Shown: piece by piece, positions 41,875-52,395 of the stretch
How positions within the stretch are numbered: position 1 is the first letter of the stretch
How the letters are laid out: the number at the start of each line of letters is the position of its first letter
Source of the DNA: Armatimonadota bacterium
Lineage (GTDB): Bacteria; Armatimonadota; SYMT01
Assembly: GCA_041690135.1 (NCBI GenBank)
Contig: JAWLHY010000003.1
Location: 768,001-832,000 of the forward strand
Direction of reading: 5' to 3'
Length of the DNA: 64,000 nt
Program-made: the position numbers and the translations under genes
The notes under the pieces: generated by a model
What the model was told of the DNA's origin: nothing
Seen by the model: the letters and a program-made list of their open reading frames with translations, nothing else
Databases searched by the model: none

Positions 41875-42981
41875 ATGAGTTTATTCCCGATTGGACTGGC
41901 TGTCGGTATAGCCCTTCTGGTTTGCACCATGGCAAGCGGCGCGAACGAACGGCGGTCGCACGTGAAACTCCGGGGGATCTACGGGGGAATGCCCACCCAG
42001 ATCCTCGAGCGCGGCAAGACCCTGGCGGATTATGGGGTGAACGCCCTCTGGATCGGTTCCGGCGGCATTACTAAGGAACGGGTGGAGCAGGCGAAAGCCC
42101 AGGGCGCCCGAATCTTCGCCGAGTTCAACACGATGCACGAGGCCGGCTACCTGAAAGAGCACCCGGACGCCGCCCCGGTCGGGACGGACGGCAAAGTCAG
42201 TCCGCCCCCGCAGGGCTGGCAGGGAGTCTGCCCCACCCACCCGGGTTACCGCAAGTATCGGATGGATGCCTTCCGCAAGGTCCTACGCGACCATGCTATC
42301 GACGGCATCTGGTTGGACTACCATCACAGTCACGCCAGTTGGGAGCGCGCGGAACCGGACATGCCGGACACCTGTTTCTGCGGGCGGTGTCTCCGGGAGT
42401 TCCAACGGGCTTCCAGGTTGGAGTTACCCGACCGCCCGGCGGCTGAATTGTCCGTCCTGCTTCTGGGTATGCACCGCCGCGAATGGGTCCGGTGGCGCTG
42501 CGACGTCTTCACGGATTGGGTCCGCGAGTTCCGGCAGATCCTGGACGAGACCCGGCCGGGAGCCCTTCTGGGCACGTTCCATTGCCCCTGGTCCGACGAG
42601 GACTTCGAGGGCGCCCGGATCGAGAAACTTCACATCGACCTGAAGGCCCAGGCGAAGTACGTCGACGTCTTTTCGATCATGCCGTACCACGCGCGCTTCG
42701 GTCACCCGCAGGACCCGGCCTGGATCTCGCGCCAGACAGCGTGGCTCGGCCGCTATCTCGGGATCGAGGGAAAGGAAGGCGAACGGCACCGCATCTGGCC
42801 GATCGTGCAGCTTTCCGATTGGGGAGAAACGGTGCCGGTGGAGCAGGTGAAGGAAGTCCTTGATCACGGCACGCGCCCGCCGTCCACCGGAGTAATGGTC
42901 TTTGCGTGGGCGCGCCTCCACGAAAGCTGGGATAAAGTCGAGGAGATGGGTAGATACTATCGGTCAATCGAGCCCCGATAG
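41875..42981 (+). CDS. Exported putative glycoside-hydrolase-like TIM-barrel protein
   Basis: Signal-like N-terminus; VCP..P.YR, IDGIWLDY, CFCGRC, W..WR, IMPY pattern. Confidence 0.55.
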   Translation: MSLFPIGLAVGIALLVCTMASGANERRSHVKLRGIYGGMPTQILERGKTLADYGVNALWIGSGGITKERVEQAKAQGARIFAEFNTMHEAGYLKEHPDAAPVGTDGKVSPPPQGWQGVCPTHPGYRKYRMDAFRKVLRDHAIDGIWLDYHHSHASWERAEPDMPDTCFCGRCLREFQRASRLELPDRPAAELSVLLLGMHRREWVRWRCDVFTDWVREFRQILDETRPGALLGTFHCPWSDEDFEGARIEKLHIDLKAQAKYVDVFSIMPYHARFGHPQDPAWISRQTAWLGRYLGIEGKEGERHRIWPIVQLSDWGETVPVEQVKEVLDHGTRPPSTGVMVFAWARLHESWDKVEEMGRYYRSIEPR

Positions 42982-43325
42982 GGTTGAAGGTTGAAAGTTC
43001 AAGGTTGAAAGTTGCAGGTTGGCAGGTTTGAAGGTTGAAGCCCCCCGCGGGGGCCAGGGGTTGAAGCCCACCTAGAGGTCGGGGCGGTTCAGTGTTCGGC
43101 GAGAGTCGCCACGCAACTCCGGAGAGGTAGTTCGCAGTCCTGGAGGGCCGGTTCCCAGCCCCAGAGGGCGGTTCCCAGCCCCGGAGGGGCAATTCGGAGC
43201 CCCGGAGGGGCGGTTCGGAGCCCCGGAGGGGCGGAAAGAGACGGGCGCCCGCAAGCGGGCAGGGGGGTGCAAACCCCCGGAACTGGGGGCGGCTCACACA
43301 AGCCCCGGAGGGGCGGCAGAGGTTT
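42982..43325. repeat. Heptamer run plus 21-bp tandem repeat and REP-like hairpins
   Basis: (ggttgaa)-type units at 42982-43040; about six cggaggggcggttcggagccc-type units at 43120-43235. Confidence 0.8.
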
Positions 43326-43482
43326 GCGTCTTGCGGAGGATTGAATCACCCGGGTCTACGGAGACCGGGGGGCGGGTTACCGTGGACATCGTATTCGCGC
43401 GAGGTAACGCACATAACCCAGGGCGGCGGGTGTTTGCGACGTTTATATCGAGCGCGGAAACATTTTGAGAAAGGGCGGGGCA

Positions 43483-44418
43483 ATGCAGAACATGCGATGG
43501 ATGGCGTCCGGAACCGTGATGTTGGGGCTGGCGGTGACCACTCTGGTCGGGACGCCACGGGAAACGCGGGCGCAGCAACAGCCGGAGGCCCCCACCCCCG
43601 AGGCGATGCCTTCGCCGGAGGAGATCCGCGCGATCTGGCCGGCCAACCTGCAGAAGATCGCCGGACGATATGTGTTCGCCCAGGTGGCCAGCCCAGGCGG
43701 GCTGTGGGAGACCTTTACTCCCAAAAAGGGCGACCCGACTCACAGGCAGGTCTCCCTCAACGAACTTCCCGCCGCCTTCCGAAACCGGCTGCTCAAAGCC
43801 GAGATCACGATCTCCCAGCTGCAGGCGCCCACCGTTGTCCAGGCCAACCAGCGCCTCAGCCCCTCCAAACGGGGGATGCTCCGCTTCTACTCCGAGGCCG
43901 GGATGGGCCGGGTGGAGGTTAAGAATCTTCCGGGTGTGGCGGGCCGCGATGGCGACACGGGAAACTTCAAGGGACCGGTCGCCCTGCGCCTCGAGCACCA
44001 GAGCCACTCCAACCCCTCCGTGAATGGGGTGCTCTATCAGCGGCTGCAGGCCGAGAAGACGTGGGGGGCGGCCACGCTGGACTACGCCGATCTTCTCGCG
44101 CACTCGCTCCCGCCGGCTCCCAAGCCAGAGTCCGGCAAAGCCGCGCCCGAAGGGGCCGGGGCCGCAAAGGAAGAGAAGGAGGCGAAGGAGGCAAAGGAAG
44201 ACAAGGAAGAGCATGAGGACGAGCATGCGGGGGAGACCGTGCTCACCAACGCCCGCATCCTGCGCAGTGGGGTCGAAATCTTTGCCTTCGTCGAATGGAC
44301 GGAGAAGACGAACAAAGGCGACCGGCGCATCATGGGCAGCGTCCGGCTGATGAAGCAGGACGACGCGAAGCCGCAGACACCTGCGCCGCCCCTCGACGGA
44401 GTTACTTCTCGCCTTTGA
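43483..44418 (+). CDS. Hypothetical exported protein
   Basis: Signal-peptide-like start; long ORF with host-like codon usage. Confidence 0.65.
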   Translation: MQNMRWMASGTVMLGLAVTTLVGTPRETRAQQQPEAPTPEAMPSPEEIRAIWPANLQKIAGRYVFAQVASPGGLWETFTPKKGDPTHRQVSLNELPAAFRNRLLKAEITISQLQAPTVVQANQRLSPSKRGMLRFYSEAGMGRVEVKNLPGVAGRDGDTGNFKGPVALRLEHQSHSNPSVNGVLYQRLQAEKTWGAATLDYADLLAHSLPPAPKPESGKAAPEGAGAAKEEKEAKEAKEDKEEHEDEHAGETVLTNARILRSGVEIFAFVEWTEKTNKGDRRIMGSVRLMKQDDAKPQTPAPPLDGVTSRL

Positions 44419-44941
44419 TCGTCTTGTAAGCGCTCAATGCCAGGTTGGCCGCATCCAGCCAGCGGTTGAGCTGGGTTTCGGCCCGCTGGTTCTGCGTCCG
44501 GCGGATGCGCCATTCTGTAAAGGCCGGGTCGCGGGTCTCGCGGTCGAAGGCGTCGAGGCGTTCGATCAAGATGTGGGGGTACTTGGTGGAGAACTGCTGG
44601 GTCTCCACCAGGTGGCTCCGGGTCATCCGCTGGAAGATCGGTCCGCCCGGAGAGACATCCCGCAGGAAGGCGATCGTCCCCACCAGGATGCGCTCCACCA
44701 TGGTTAACCGGAGCTGGCCGTGGTCGATCCCCGGCGGCGCCGGCATCACGGAGATCTGGTCCCGGTGCCGGTGGTAGCGCCGGAGGAGCACCAGTTCGCT
44801 GCATCGTCCCGCCAGCAGTTCTTCTACCCGGATTTGCACCGCCGAGCTGTAGGCACGCTCCGCCGGGGTGTAAGGGGTATCCGTACGCACCCCGAAGAGA
44901 TCCTGGTGCTCCGCCGGCATCCGCTCCGCTGAAAAGGGCAT
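44402..44941 (-). CDS. Hypothetical protein
   Basis: 179-aa ORF, GGAGG RBS, protein-like composition. Confidence 0.65.
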   Translation of the reverse strand: MPFSAERMPAEHQDLFGVRTDTPYTPAERAYSSAVQIRVEELLAGRCSELVLLRRYHRHRDQISVMPAPPGIDHGQLRLTMVERILVGTIAFLRDVSPGGPIFQRMTRSHLVETQQFSTKYPHILIERLDAFDRETRDPAFTEWRIRRTQNQRAETQLNRWLDAANLALSAYKTIKGEK

Positions 44942-45242
44942 GGGGGTTCCTCCCTGCTTTCCAATTGGCCTTCCCGCTCTCTTTATTCCCGCCAGCCCGA
45001 AAGCCGTAACGGCGCTGCAGCTTAAGCACGCCCCCCAGATTTAAGACAGCCCGGAGGTTCAATCTCGCGTGTTGCGGGAAGATCTGTGATTGCCGCGCTT
45101 TGACGAGAACCGCTGGTCGCGCGATCCGATCGTTGGGGAGCCGGGAACCGCCGATAGGGGCGTCCGGCTGGTCCGCTTGACGTGCCCCGGGCCATGAGGT
45201 CCCCACGGTTCCGCCGCCGGCAGAGGATCCGGGAGAGAACCG

Positions 45243-45794
45243 ATGACGGACGAAAGCCCTACCCTGGAACTGGCTCACACCACGCCCGGCCGCATCCGTT
45301 TCCGCTGGCGCGGCGGGACGGAGCCGCCGACTGCCCTGCTGGATCGCCTCCGCGCCCTACCGGACATCCAATCGGTTGAGTTCCGGCGACCGAGCCGGAG
45401 CCTGGTCGTGCTCCATCAAAACGGGCTCGGGGTGGAGGACGTCCGTGCCCTGGGCCGCGAGTTCGCCGTGGAGGTGCGGGAGCCGGAGACACAGGCCCCG
45501 GCGGCCCCCACGAAGACGGACGCGGATCCCCTCGGCGCGTCGACCTCCACTGCTCTCCCCGGTACACCCCAGAGCCCCTGGGAGCAGTACACCGCGGACT
45601 TCGAGGCGATCCTGCTCGTGGGCCTCCTGGTCAACTGGATCCGCGACCTGGTGATCTCGCGGACCCTGCGGCCCGGCACGATCATCCTGATCCTGCTGAC
45701 CCTGATGAATCTCTGGCAGTACTGGCAGAAGCGCTGGGCGGGTGAGAAAGACGCAGAAGAAAGAGCACCGGAGTTGGAAACGCTGACCGCATGA
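45243..45794 (+). CDS. HMA2-domain membrane protein
   Basis: HTTPGRIRF...I.SV....SRSLVVLH; hydrophobic C-terminus; overlaps the ATPase start. Confidence 0.7.
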   Translation: MTDESPTLELAHTTPGRIRFRWRGGTEPPTALLDRLRALPDIQSVEFRRPSRSLVVLHQNGLGVEDVRALGREFAVEVREPETQAPAAPTKTDADPLGASTSTALPGTPQSPWEQYTADFEAILLVGLLVNWIRDLVISRTLRPGTIILILLTLMNLWQYWQKRWAGEKDAEERAPELETLTA

Positions 45795-48700
45795 ACGTCG
45801 CCTCTTCCATCCAGATAGATCCGATCCAGGTCCTCCACGCGGCCGTTCCGGGCCGGGCCCGCCTCCACGTCCCGGCGGTCAAGAAGAAGCCGCGGACTGC
45901 CGAACGGCTCCGCACCGCCCTCGCGGCCCTGCCCGGGGTTGCGGCCGTCACCGTGAGCACGGTGACGGCCAATTTGCTGGTGGAGTTCGATCCGGCCCGG
46001 TGCGGCCTGCGGGATCTGGGTAACGGCATACGCGCGTTTCTCGGCCTGTCTCCGGCCGGCGGGAGTGAAGGGACTCCGGAAGCCGGGAGCCGAAAGGCCG
46101 TTTCTCATCCAAGACCCGAAGAGACCCAGGTCGCCTCGCCCACACCCTCCGACCGGCCGCGGGAGCTTTACCTCCGGATCTCCGAAGCCCCGGTGGAAGC
46201 CGTGCTCCGCCGCCTCGGCGTGCCGGACCTCAACGGGCTGTCCCCCGCCGAGGTGGAGCGACGTGCCGCGGAAGCGCGCGCGCGGGCGTTCCGGCCGATG
46301 GGGCGGCGCAAGTGGTCCGATATTCTCCGGGAGCAGTTCGTCTCGGTCCCTACCCTGATGCTGGGGGCGGCGATGGTCGTCTCCTACTTCACCGCCAGCC
46401 GGATCGATGCGCTGGTCATTGGCGCGGTCCTTGCGCTGAACGGGGCCATCGGCGCCTACACGGAGCGGTACGCGGAGGGCGCCATCGAGGCGCTGCGGAA
46501 GCTGGGCCATCCCCAGGCGCATGCGGTCCGCGGCGGCCAGCGCTTGACCATGCCCGCCGAAAAGCTGGTGGTGGGGGATATCATCCGTCTTCGCGCCGGG
46601 GATCTCGTGCCGGCGGATGCCCGCGTGATCGAAGGCACCCTGCTGGTGGATGAGGCGATGCTCACCGGCGAGAGCGAGCCGGTGCACAAGCAGTGCGAAC
46701 CCCTAGAGCACGCAGAGAGCCCGCGGCACGTCTGGGAATTGGGAAACCTGCTCTTCCAGGGAACGGCCGTGTTGGATGGGCGCGCCCGCGCGGTGGTTCT
46801 GGCGACCGGTCGGGACACGGAACTGGGGCGTATCCAGTCGTTGGTCTCCGACGCCGCTCCGCCCCGCACCCAACTTCAGGAGCAGTTGGATGGCCTGGGG
46901 AAATCACTGGGGCTTGGCGCCACCGGCTTCTGCGGCGGCCTCTTCGGCATCGGCATGGCCCGCGGGCAATCGCTGCTCCAGAACCTGCAGACGGCCGTTT
47001 CCCTCGCGGTTTCCGCGGTGCCGGAAGGCCTTCCGGCCGTCGCGACCACGGCCCTGGCAGCCGGGATGAAGCGGATGCTCCGGCAGAAGGTGATCATCCG
47101 GAAACTGCCCGCCGTGGAGGCGCTGGGGAGCGTCACTGTCCTGTGCGTGGACAAGACCGGAACGCTCACCTATAACCGCATGACGGCCTCCCGCTACTGG
47201 CACGAGGGGCGGCACATCCACTACCGCAATGGCGGAGAGCCCGGCTCCGGATCATTCTTCCTGGAAGGGAAGTCGCTCTCGCAGGGGGAAGATCCCGCGC
47301 TCGATGCCATGTTGCGGGTGGGGGCGCTCTGCAGCGAAGCCAAGCTCCGCCGCGAGGGGGACGGGGTCCACATCAGCGGCAGCGCCACGGAGGGAGCCCT
47401 CCTCCTGGCCGCCCAGGCGGGAGGCTATCCCTACCAGGAACTGCGCCGCCGCTATCCCCAGGCGCTCCTCCACCGCCGCAACGAGCACCACCTGCGGATG
47501 GCCTCCGTCCACGAAGACCCCGAGGGCGGCCTGCTCGTCGCGGTGAAGGGATCGCCGGAGGCGGTGCTGGAGCTCTGCACCACGCGGATGCTCCCGGACG
47601 GCACGCGGGTCCCGCTCACCGAGATCGACCGCGCGAATTACCGGCGGGCCAACCGGGAACTGTCGGAAGACGGCCTGCGCGTGCTGGGATTTGCCTGCGG
47701 CAAGAAGCCGGACGAGGCGCTGCACAACGGCCATCTGGAGCAGTTGACGTGGCTCGGGCTCGTCGGGCTGGAAGACCCGGTTCGCTCCGGCGTGGCGGAG
47801 TCGATCCGCCGTTGTCGGGAGGCGGGAGTGCGCACCGTGATCCTCACCGGCGATCAGCGGGGAACGGCCCTGGCGGTGGCCCGGGCTTTGGAGCTGGAAA
47901 ATGGCTATGGCCAGGTGATGGAAGCTCCCGACCTGGAAGGGATGACCCCGGAAGAGGTGGCGCGTACGGTGGAACAGACGGCGGTGTACGCCCGCGTCTC
48001 ACCGGAGGATAAGCTGCGGATCGTCCAGGCGCTCCAGGCGGCGGGCCACGTGGTCGCCATGACGGGGGACGGCATCAACGATGGTCCCGCGCTCAAGGCG
48101 GCGGATATCGGCATCGCGATGGGCGAGGGGAGCAGCGATGTGGCCCGGGAACTGGCCGACGTGGTCCTCACCCGGAACGACTTCGAAGGCCTGGTAACGG
48201 CCGTGGAACAGGGTCGCGTGATCTTCGCGAATATCCGCCGCACCCTGCGCTACCTGGTGGCCTCCAATGTCTCCGAATTACTGCTGGCCGGCGTGACGCT
48301 CCTGGCCCGGGTGCCCTTCCCGTTCCAGCCGATCCAGATCTTGTGGCTCAACCTCATCTCGGACGTCTTTCCGGCCCTGGCGCTGGTGCTGGAGCCGAGC
48401 GACCGGGACGTGATGCGCGAGCCGCCCCGCAAGCCGGGCACCCCGCTGGTGGGGCGGTCGGACTGGGGCCGGCTAGGGACAGATGCCACGGTGATCGGGG
48501 GTTCCACCCTGGGCGCCTACCTCTGGGCGGCCCGGCGGTACGGCTTCGGGCCCACCGCCGCGGCGGTGGCATTCACGGCCATGACGGTCGGCGAGGCGCT
48601 GTACGCGCTCTCCTACGGGGGCCGTTCCGCGGAACCGAGCCGGTCCAGTCACGGAGCGTTGGCGGCCAGCACAGTCGGCGTGGTCGGTCTGCAACTGGCA

Positions 48701-48934
48701 GTCAACCATTGGGAGCCGCTACGCCGGCTCCTCCACGGAGCGCCGTTGGGCCGCGCCGATTACGCGGTTGCGCTCACGGCTGCCGTTTTGCCCGCTGCCT
48801 GGGCTACGGTGCGGAACCACTTTCTCTGCCGCCAGGATACGCGTGCCCTACCTGCTCCGGCCGCACCGGTGGAGGAGTCGCCTGTTAAAACCCCAGGGGT
48901 TGAGAGCCCGGTGCTACTCGCCCGGGCCGCGTGA
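45791..48934 (+). CDS. Cation-transporting P-type ATPase (type IIA-like) with N-terminal HMA2 domain
   Basis: LTGES, VPEGLP, DKTGTLT, KGSPE, TGD, GDGINDGPAL. Confidence 0.95.
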   Translation: MNVASSIQIDPIQVLHAAVPGRARLHVPAVKKKPRTAERLRTALAALPGVAAVTVSTVTANLLVEFDPARCGLRDLGNGIRAFLGLSPAGGSEGTPEAGSRKAVSHPRPEETQVASPTPSDRPRELYLRISEAPVEAVLRRLGVPDLNGLSPAEVERRAAEARARAFRPMGRRKWSDILREQFVSVPTLMLGAAMVVSYFTASRIDALVIGAVLALNGAIGAYTERYAEGAIEALRKLGHPQAHAVRGGQRLTMPAEKLVVGDIIRLRAGDLVPADARVIEGTLLVDEAMLTGESEPVHKQCEPLEHAESPRHVWELGNLLFQGTAVLDGRARAVVLATGRDTELGRIQSLVSDAAPPRTQLQEQLDGLGKSLGLGATGFCGGLFGIGMARGQSLLQNLQTAVSLAVSAVPEGLPAVATTALAAGMKRMLRQKVIIRKLPAVEALGSVTVLCVDKTGTLTYNRMTASRYWHEGRHIHYRNGGEPGSGSFFLEGKSLSQGEDPALDAMLRVGALCSEAKLRREGDGVHISGSATEGALLLAAQAGGYPYQELRRRYPQALLHRRNEHHLRMASVHEDPEGGLLVAVKGSPEAVLELCTTRMLPDGTRVPLTEIDRANYRRANRELSEDGLRVLGFACGKKPDEALHNGHLEQLTWLGLVGLEDPVRSGVAESIRRCREAGVRTVILTGDQRGTALAVARALELENGYGQVMEAPDLEGMTPEEVARTVEQTAVYARVSPEDKLRIVQALQAAGHVVAMTGDGINDGPALKAADIGIAMGEGSSDVARELADVVLTRNDFEGLVTAVEQGRVIFANIRRTLRYLVASNVSELLLAGVTLLARVPFPFQPIQILWLNLISDVFPALALVLEPSDRDVMREPPRKPGTPLVGRSDWGRLGTDATVIGGSTLGAYLWAARRYGFGPTAAAVAFTAMTVGEALYALSYGGRSAEPSRSSHGALAASTVGVVGLQLAVNHWEPLRRLLHGAPLGRADYAVALTAAVLPAAWATVRNHFLCRQDTRALPAPAAPVEESPVKTPGVESPVLLARAA

Positions 48935-48953
48935 GGGCGTCCGGAAAACCTGG

Positions 48954-48999
48954 CAATAGCGGTTCATAGGAACACCCTCGGTCCTATGAACCGCTATTG
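48954..48999. terminator. 18-bp perfect inverted repeat between convergent genes
   Basis: caatagcggttcatagga-N10-tcctatgaaccgctattg. Confidence 0.7.
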
Positions 49000-49076
49000 G
49001 CAGAGGCGCATCCTGGTCTCCAACTCCCGCCGGCGCCGAGGAGACGGTCGGGAGAATCTGCCCGAACCGTCGCTGT

Positions 49077-50501
49077 TCAAACCAGGATATCGGTCAGCAC
49101 CTTCGCGCCTTCCACGCCGGTGAGCTTCGCGTCGAGGCCCTGGAACTTGACGCTGAAGGCGTCGTGCCGGATCCCGAGCTGGTGGAGCATGGTGGCGTGC
49201 AGGTCGTGGACGGTGCAGACGTTCTCCACGGCGGCGTACCCCAGTTCGTCGGAGGCGCCGTAGACCATGCCGCCCTTCACGCCGCCGCCCGCCAGCCAGA
49301 CGGACATGGCCTTGTTGTGGTGGTCGCGCCCGCTGCCGCCCTGGGACATGGGGGTGCGGCTGAACTCGCCGGACCACACGATCAAGGTGCTCTCCAGCAT
49401 CCCCCGGCGCTTGAGATCCGTGATCAGCGCCATGCAGGCGCGGTCGATCTCCTCCGCTTTGAACTCCACCCCCTGTTTGATGCCGCCGTGGTGGTCCCAG
49501 TCCTTGTGGTAGAGCTGCATGAAGCGGACGCCGCGCTCGGCCAGGCGGCGCGCCAGGAGGCAGTTGGAGGCGAAGGAGCCGTCGCCGGGACGGCAGCCGT
49601 ACAATTCCAGCGTCTTCGGGTCCTCATCGCGGAGGTCCATCAACTCGGGGACGCTGGCCTGCAGTTTGAAGGCCAGCTCGTACTGGGCGATGCGGGTGGC
49701 GATCTCCGGGTCGCGGACGAGCGCGTCGTGCTGCTGGTTGAGGGCGTTGATGGCGCTCACGTCGGCGCCCTGGCGCTCGCGGGAGATGCCGGCGGGGTTG
49801 GAGAGGTAGAGGACCGGATCGCCCTTGCCCCGGAGCTGGACGCCCTGGTATTTGCTGGGCAGGAAGCCGCTGCTCCACTGCCGCGCGGCGATCGGCTGGT
49901 TCTGGCCGCCCCGTCCGAGGGAGGTGAGCACGACAAACCCCGGCAGGTCTTCCGCGTCGGTGCCGAGGCCGTAGGTGACCCAGGACCCCATGCTGGGGCG
50001 ACCGGCGATCTGCGAGCCGGTGTTGATGAACATGTGCGCCGGGTCGTGGTTGATCGCCTCGGTGGTCATGGAGCGGATGAGGCAGATATCGTCGATCACC
50101 GAGCCAAGGTGCGGGAAGAGCGAGCAGATCTCGATCTGGTTCTTCCCGAACTTGGAAAACGGGTGCTGCGGCCCGAAGCAGATGAGCTGCTGCCCCTGGA
50201 GCTGGGCCAGTTGCTGCCCCTTCGTCAGGCTCTCCGGCATCGGCTTGCCGTGCATTTCGGCAAGCTTCGGTTTGGGGTCGAAAGTTTCCAGGTGGGAGGG
50301 CCCGCCCGCCATGGTCAACCAGATGACCCGCTTCGCTTTCGCCGGGAGCGGGAGCGTTTTCAACACCCCCCCGTTGGGCGCGGCCGTGGCCCGGTCGGCG
50401 GCCAGCAGCGAGGCGAGGGCCGCGACGCCCACGCCCTGCGAGGCTTTGCCGAGGAAGGCGCGGCGGGTGAAGTGCTCTCGAATGCGTTTCGGGTCTTCCA
50501 T
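49077..50501 (-). CDS. DUF1501 family protein
   Basis: TRRAFL, AKRVIWL.MAGGPSH, CLLARRLAE.GV, EFSRTP, GRDHH. Confidence 0.93.
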   Translation of the reverse strand: MEDPKRIREHFTRRAFLGKASQGVGVAALASLLAADRATAAPNGGVLKTLPLPAKAKRVIWLTMAGGPSHLETFDPKPKLAEMHGKPMPESLTKGQQLAQLQGQQLICFGPQHPFSKFGKNQIEICSLFPHLGSVIDDICLIRSMTTEAINHDPAHMFINTGSQIAGRPSMGSWVTYGLGTDAEDLPGFVVLTSLGRGGQNQPIAARQWSSGFLPSKYQGVQLRGKGDPVLYLSNPAGISRERQGADVSAINALNQQHDALVRDPEIATRIAQYELAFKLQASVPELMDLRDEDPKTLELYGCRPGDGSFASNCLLARRLAERGVRFMQLYHKDWDHHGGIKQGVEFKAEEIDRACMALITDLKRRGMLESTLIVWSGEFSRTPMSQGGSGRDHHNKAMSVWLAGGGVKGGMVYGASDELGYAAVENVCTVHDLHATMLHQLGIRHDAFSVKFQGLDAKLTGVEGAKVLTDILV

Positions 50502-50596
50502 GGTGGGTGTTCGGGTAGCGGGGTGGGGCGGTTAGTATCCGGGCGTTCGGCGTCTCAGAGAGATATGACACGCAACGGCGCTTCCAGTTTCGGGAG

Positions 50597-50651
50597 GCAG
50601 AAAGACAGCAGTCCCGCCCCCAACGCGGGAGCGGGACTGCTGTCTTTCTGC
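50597..50651. terminator. Long hairpin after the PPIase gene
   Basis: gcagaaagacagcagtcccgc...gcgggactgctgtctttctgc. Confidence 0.7.
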
Positions 50652-50670
50652 GATCGAGGCTCGCACCGGC

Positions 50671-52395
50671 TTACGGCTTGGAGGCGTCTTTCTTGGCAGC
50701 ACCTTCAGCCTGGGCGTCGCCCTTGCCGTCGGCGGCCTTCTCACCCGGCTTGGTGGTCTTAACTTCCAGGATCTTCGGCTTGCCCGTCTTCGGGTCGATT
50801 TCGCCGGTCTTCACGGTGACTTCCTGGACGACGTCGCCGCCGGACGCGGCGGGCTTGGCGGCGGCGGCGGCCTGCTTCTGGGCCGCTTCCATCGCCTTGC
50901 GATCCTCTTCCTGCTTCACCAGGATCTTGGCCTGCTTGGTGGTCGCCTCGGTGGCCAGGTCCGCGCGGCCCAGTTCCTTGAACTTATCCGACAGGCGAGC
51001 CAGCAGGCCCGTGTCGTTCTTGGACTGCTTCATCGCCTGCTGGAAGGCCTTGAGGGCATCCGTCTTCCGCGGCGTCTTCAGCTTCATCAGCGCCTCGCCG
51101 TAGGCGAAGTGCAGCTCCGGATCGCTGTACGGGCGGACTTCCTTCTCCAGGACGGCGATCGCCTGATCCGGCTGTTTCGCCTCCTGGTAGAGCTGGGCCA
51201 GCTTGTAAGCGAGGCCGGGTCCGGCCCATACGCCGCCGCCCTTGTAGGCTTCGCTGTAGGCGTCGATCGCCGGCTTCAGCTTGGCCGCCGGGTCTTCCAC
51301 CTTGCCGTCTTTCACCGCCGTCAGCGGGTTGCTCGCGGAAGCCTCCTCCGCCAGGTGACCCTTCAGCCACGGGTGCTCGGCGGATACCTGGGCGCGGGCC
51401 TTGTACTCGGCGAACAGCCCTTCGGCGATGGCGTTGCCCACCGCAGTGCGGTAGGAGTCGATCGCTTCCTGACGCTTCTTCGCGTCCTTCTGGACCTTCT
51501 CATCGGAAGGCTCGTAGTCGCGGGTTTCGAGCGCCTTGATGACGTGGTAGCCGAAATTGCTCTTCACCGGGGCGCTGACCTCGCCGACCTTCAGGCGGAG
51601 GGAAGCAGCCGTGAACTCCGGCACGAAAGAGGTGGCGGGCTCGCGGGTGGGCTTCTTCTTCGCGTCGGCCGGAGCGGATTCCGGCATGGCGCTCGCCCAG
51701 CCGACGACGCCGTCTTTCACCTTGCTGCCTTCGTCTTCGGAATGCTCGCGGGCGAGCTTGGCGAAGTCCACACCGGTCTTGGCCTGGCGATAGTAACCTT
51801 CAGCCAGCTTCCGGGCCTCGGCTTCGGAGCGCTTGTCGGTCTTCACCAGGATGTGCGCGACCTTCACCTCGACCGGCTTGGCTTCGCGGGTGAGCTTCTC
51901 GCGCAGCCGCTGCGCTTCCATCTGGCGCTGCACGCCCTCGCGGTCCATCGCGGAGCGGAGGACCTGCCGGGCCTGATCCAGCTCATCCTTGGTGGCGCCG
52001 GCGCCGACCGTCTTCAGACGCTCTTCGATCTGGCGATCGATCTCGGCACCCACCTCGCCGCTGCTCACGCTGACGCCATTGGCGCGGGCCGCCGCGGACT
52101 GGGCGTGCGAGCTGAGGATCTGCTCCCAGGCGAAGCGCGGGAGCTGGCTCAACTGCGCCACGCCGGGCCGGCCGAACATCTCCCGGTAATTGCGGATGAG
52201 GTTCTCGAATTCCTGGGTGGTGATGGTCTCTCCGTTGACCCGCGCGAGCACGCCGGTGCCACGCGCCTGGGCCGAGCCATCCATCCCGCCGTTGTAATTA
52301 AAGGAAAGGAATATACCAAGGATAAAGACGGCGACGAATGCTCCGACCCATTTGGTCATCTCCTGCATTCTTCGTCGGGTGTTTACGAGCGACAT
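50671..52395 (-). CDS. Parvulin-type peptidyl-prolyl isomerase with SurA-like N-domain and TPR-like region
   Basis: ARVNGETIT, VAHILV, FAKLAREHSED, FVPEF, PVKSNFGYHVIK. Confidence 0.88.
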   Translation of the reverse strand: MSLVNTRRRMQEMTKWVGAFVAVFILGIFLSFNYNGGMDGSAQARGTGVLARVNGETITTQEFENLIRNYREMFGRPGVAQLSQLPRFAWEQILSSHAQSAAARANGVSVSSGEVGAEIDRQIEERLKTVGAGATKDELDQARQVLRSAMDREGVQRQMEAQRLREKLTREAKPVEVKVAHILVKTDKRSEAEARKLAEGYYRQAKTGVDFAKLAREHSEDEGSKVKDGVVGWASAMPESAPADAKKKPTREPATSFVPEFTAASLRLKVGEVSAPVKSNFGYHVIKALETRDYEPSDEKVQKDAKKRQEAIDSYRTAVGNAIAEGLFAEYKARAQVSAEHPWLKGHLAEEASASNPLTAVKDGKVEDPAAKLKPAIDAYSEAYKGGGVWAGPGLAYKLAQLYQEAKQPDQAIAVLEKEVRPYSDPELHFAYGEALMKLKTPRKTDALKAFQQAMKQSKNDTGLLARLSDKFKELGRADLATEATTKQAKILVKQEEDRKAMEAAQKQAAAAAKPAASGGDVVQEVTVKTGEIDPKTGKPKILEVKTTKPGEKAADGKGDAQAEGAAKKDASKP

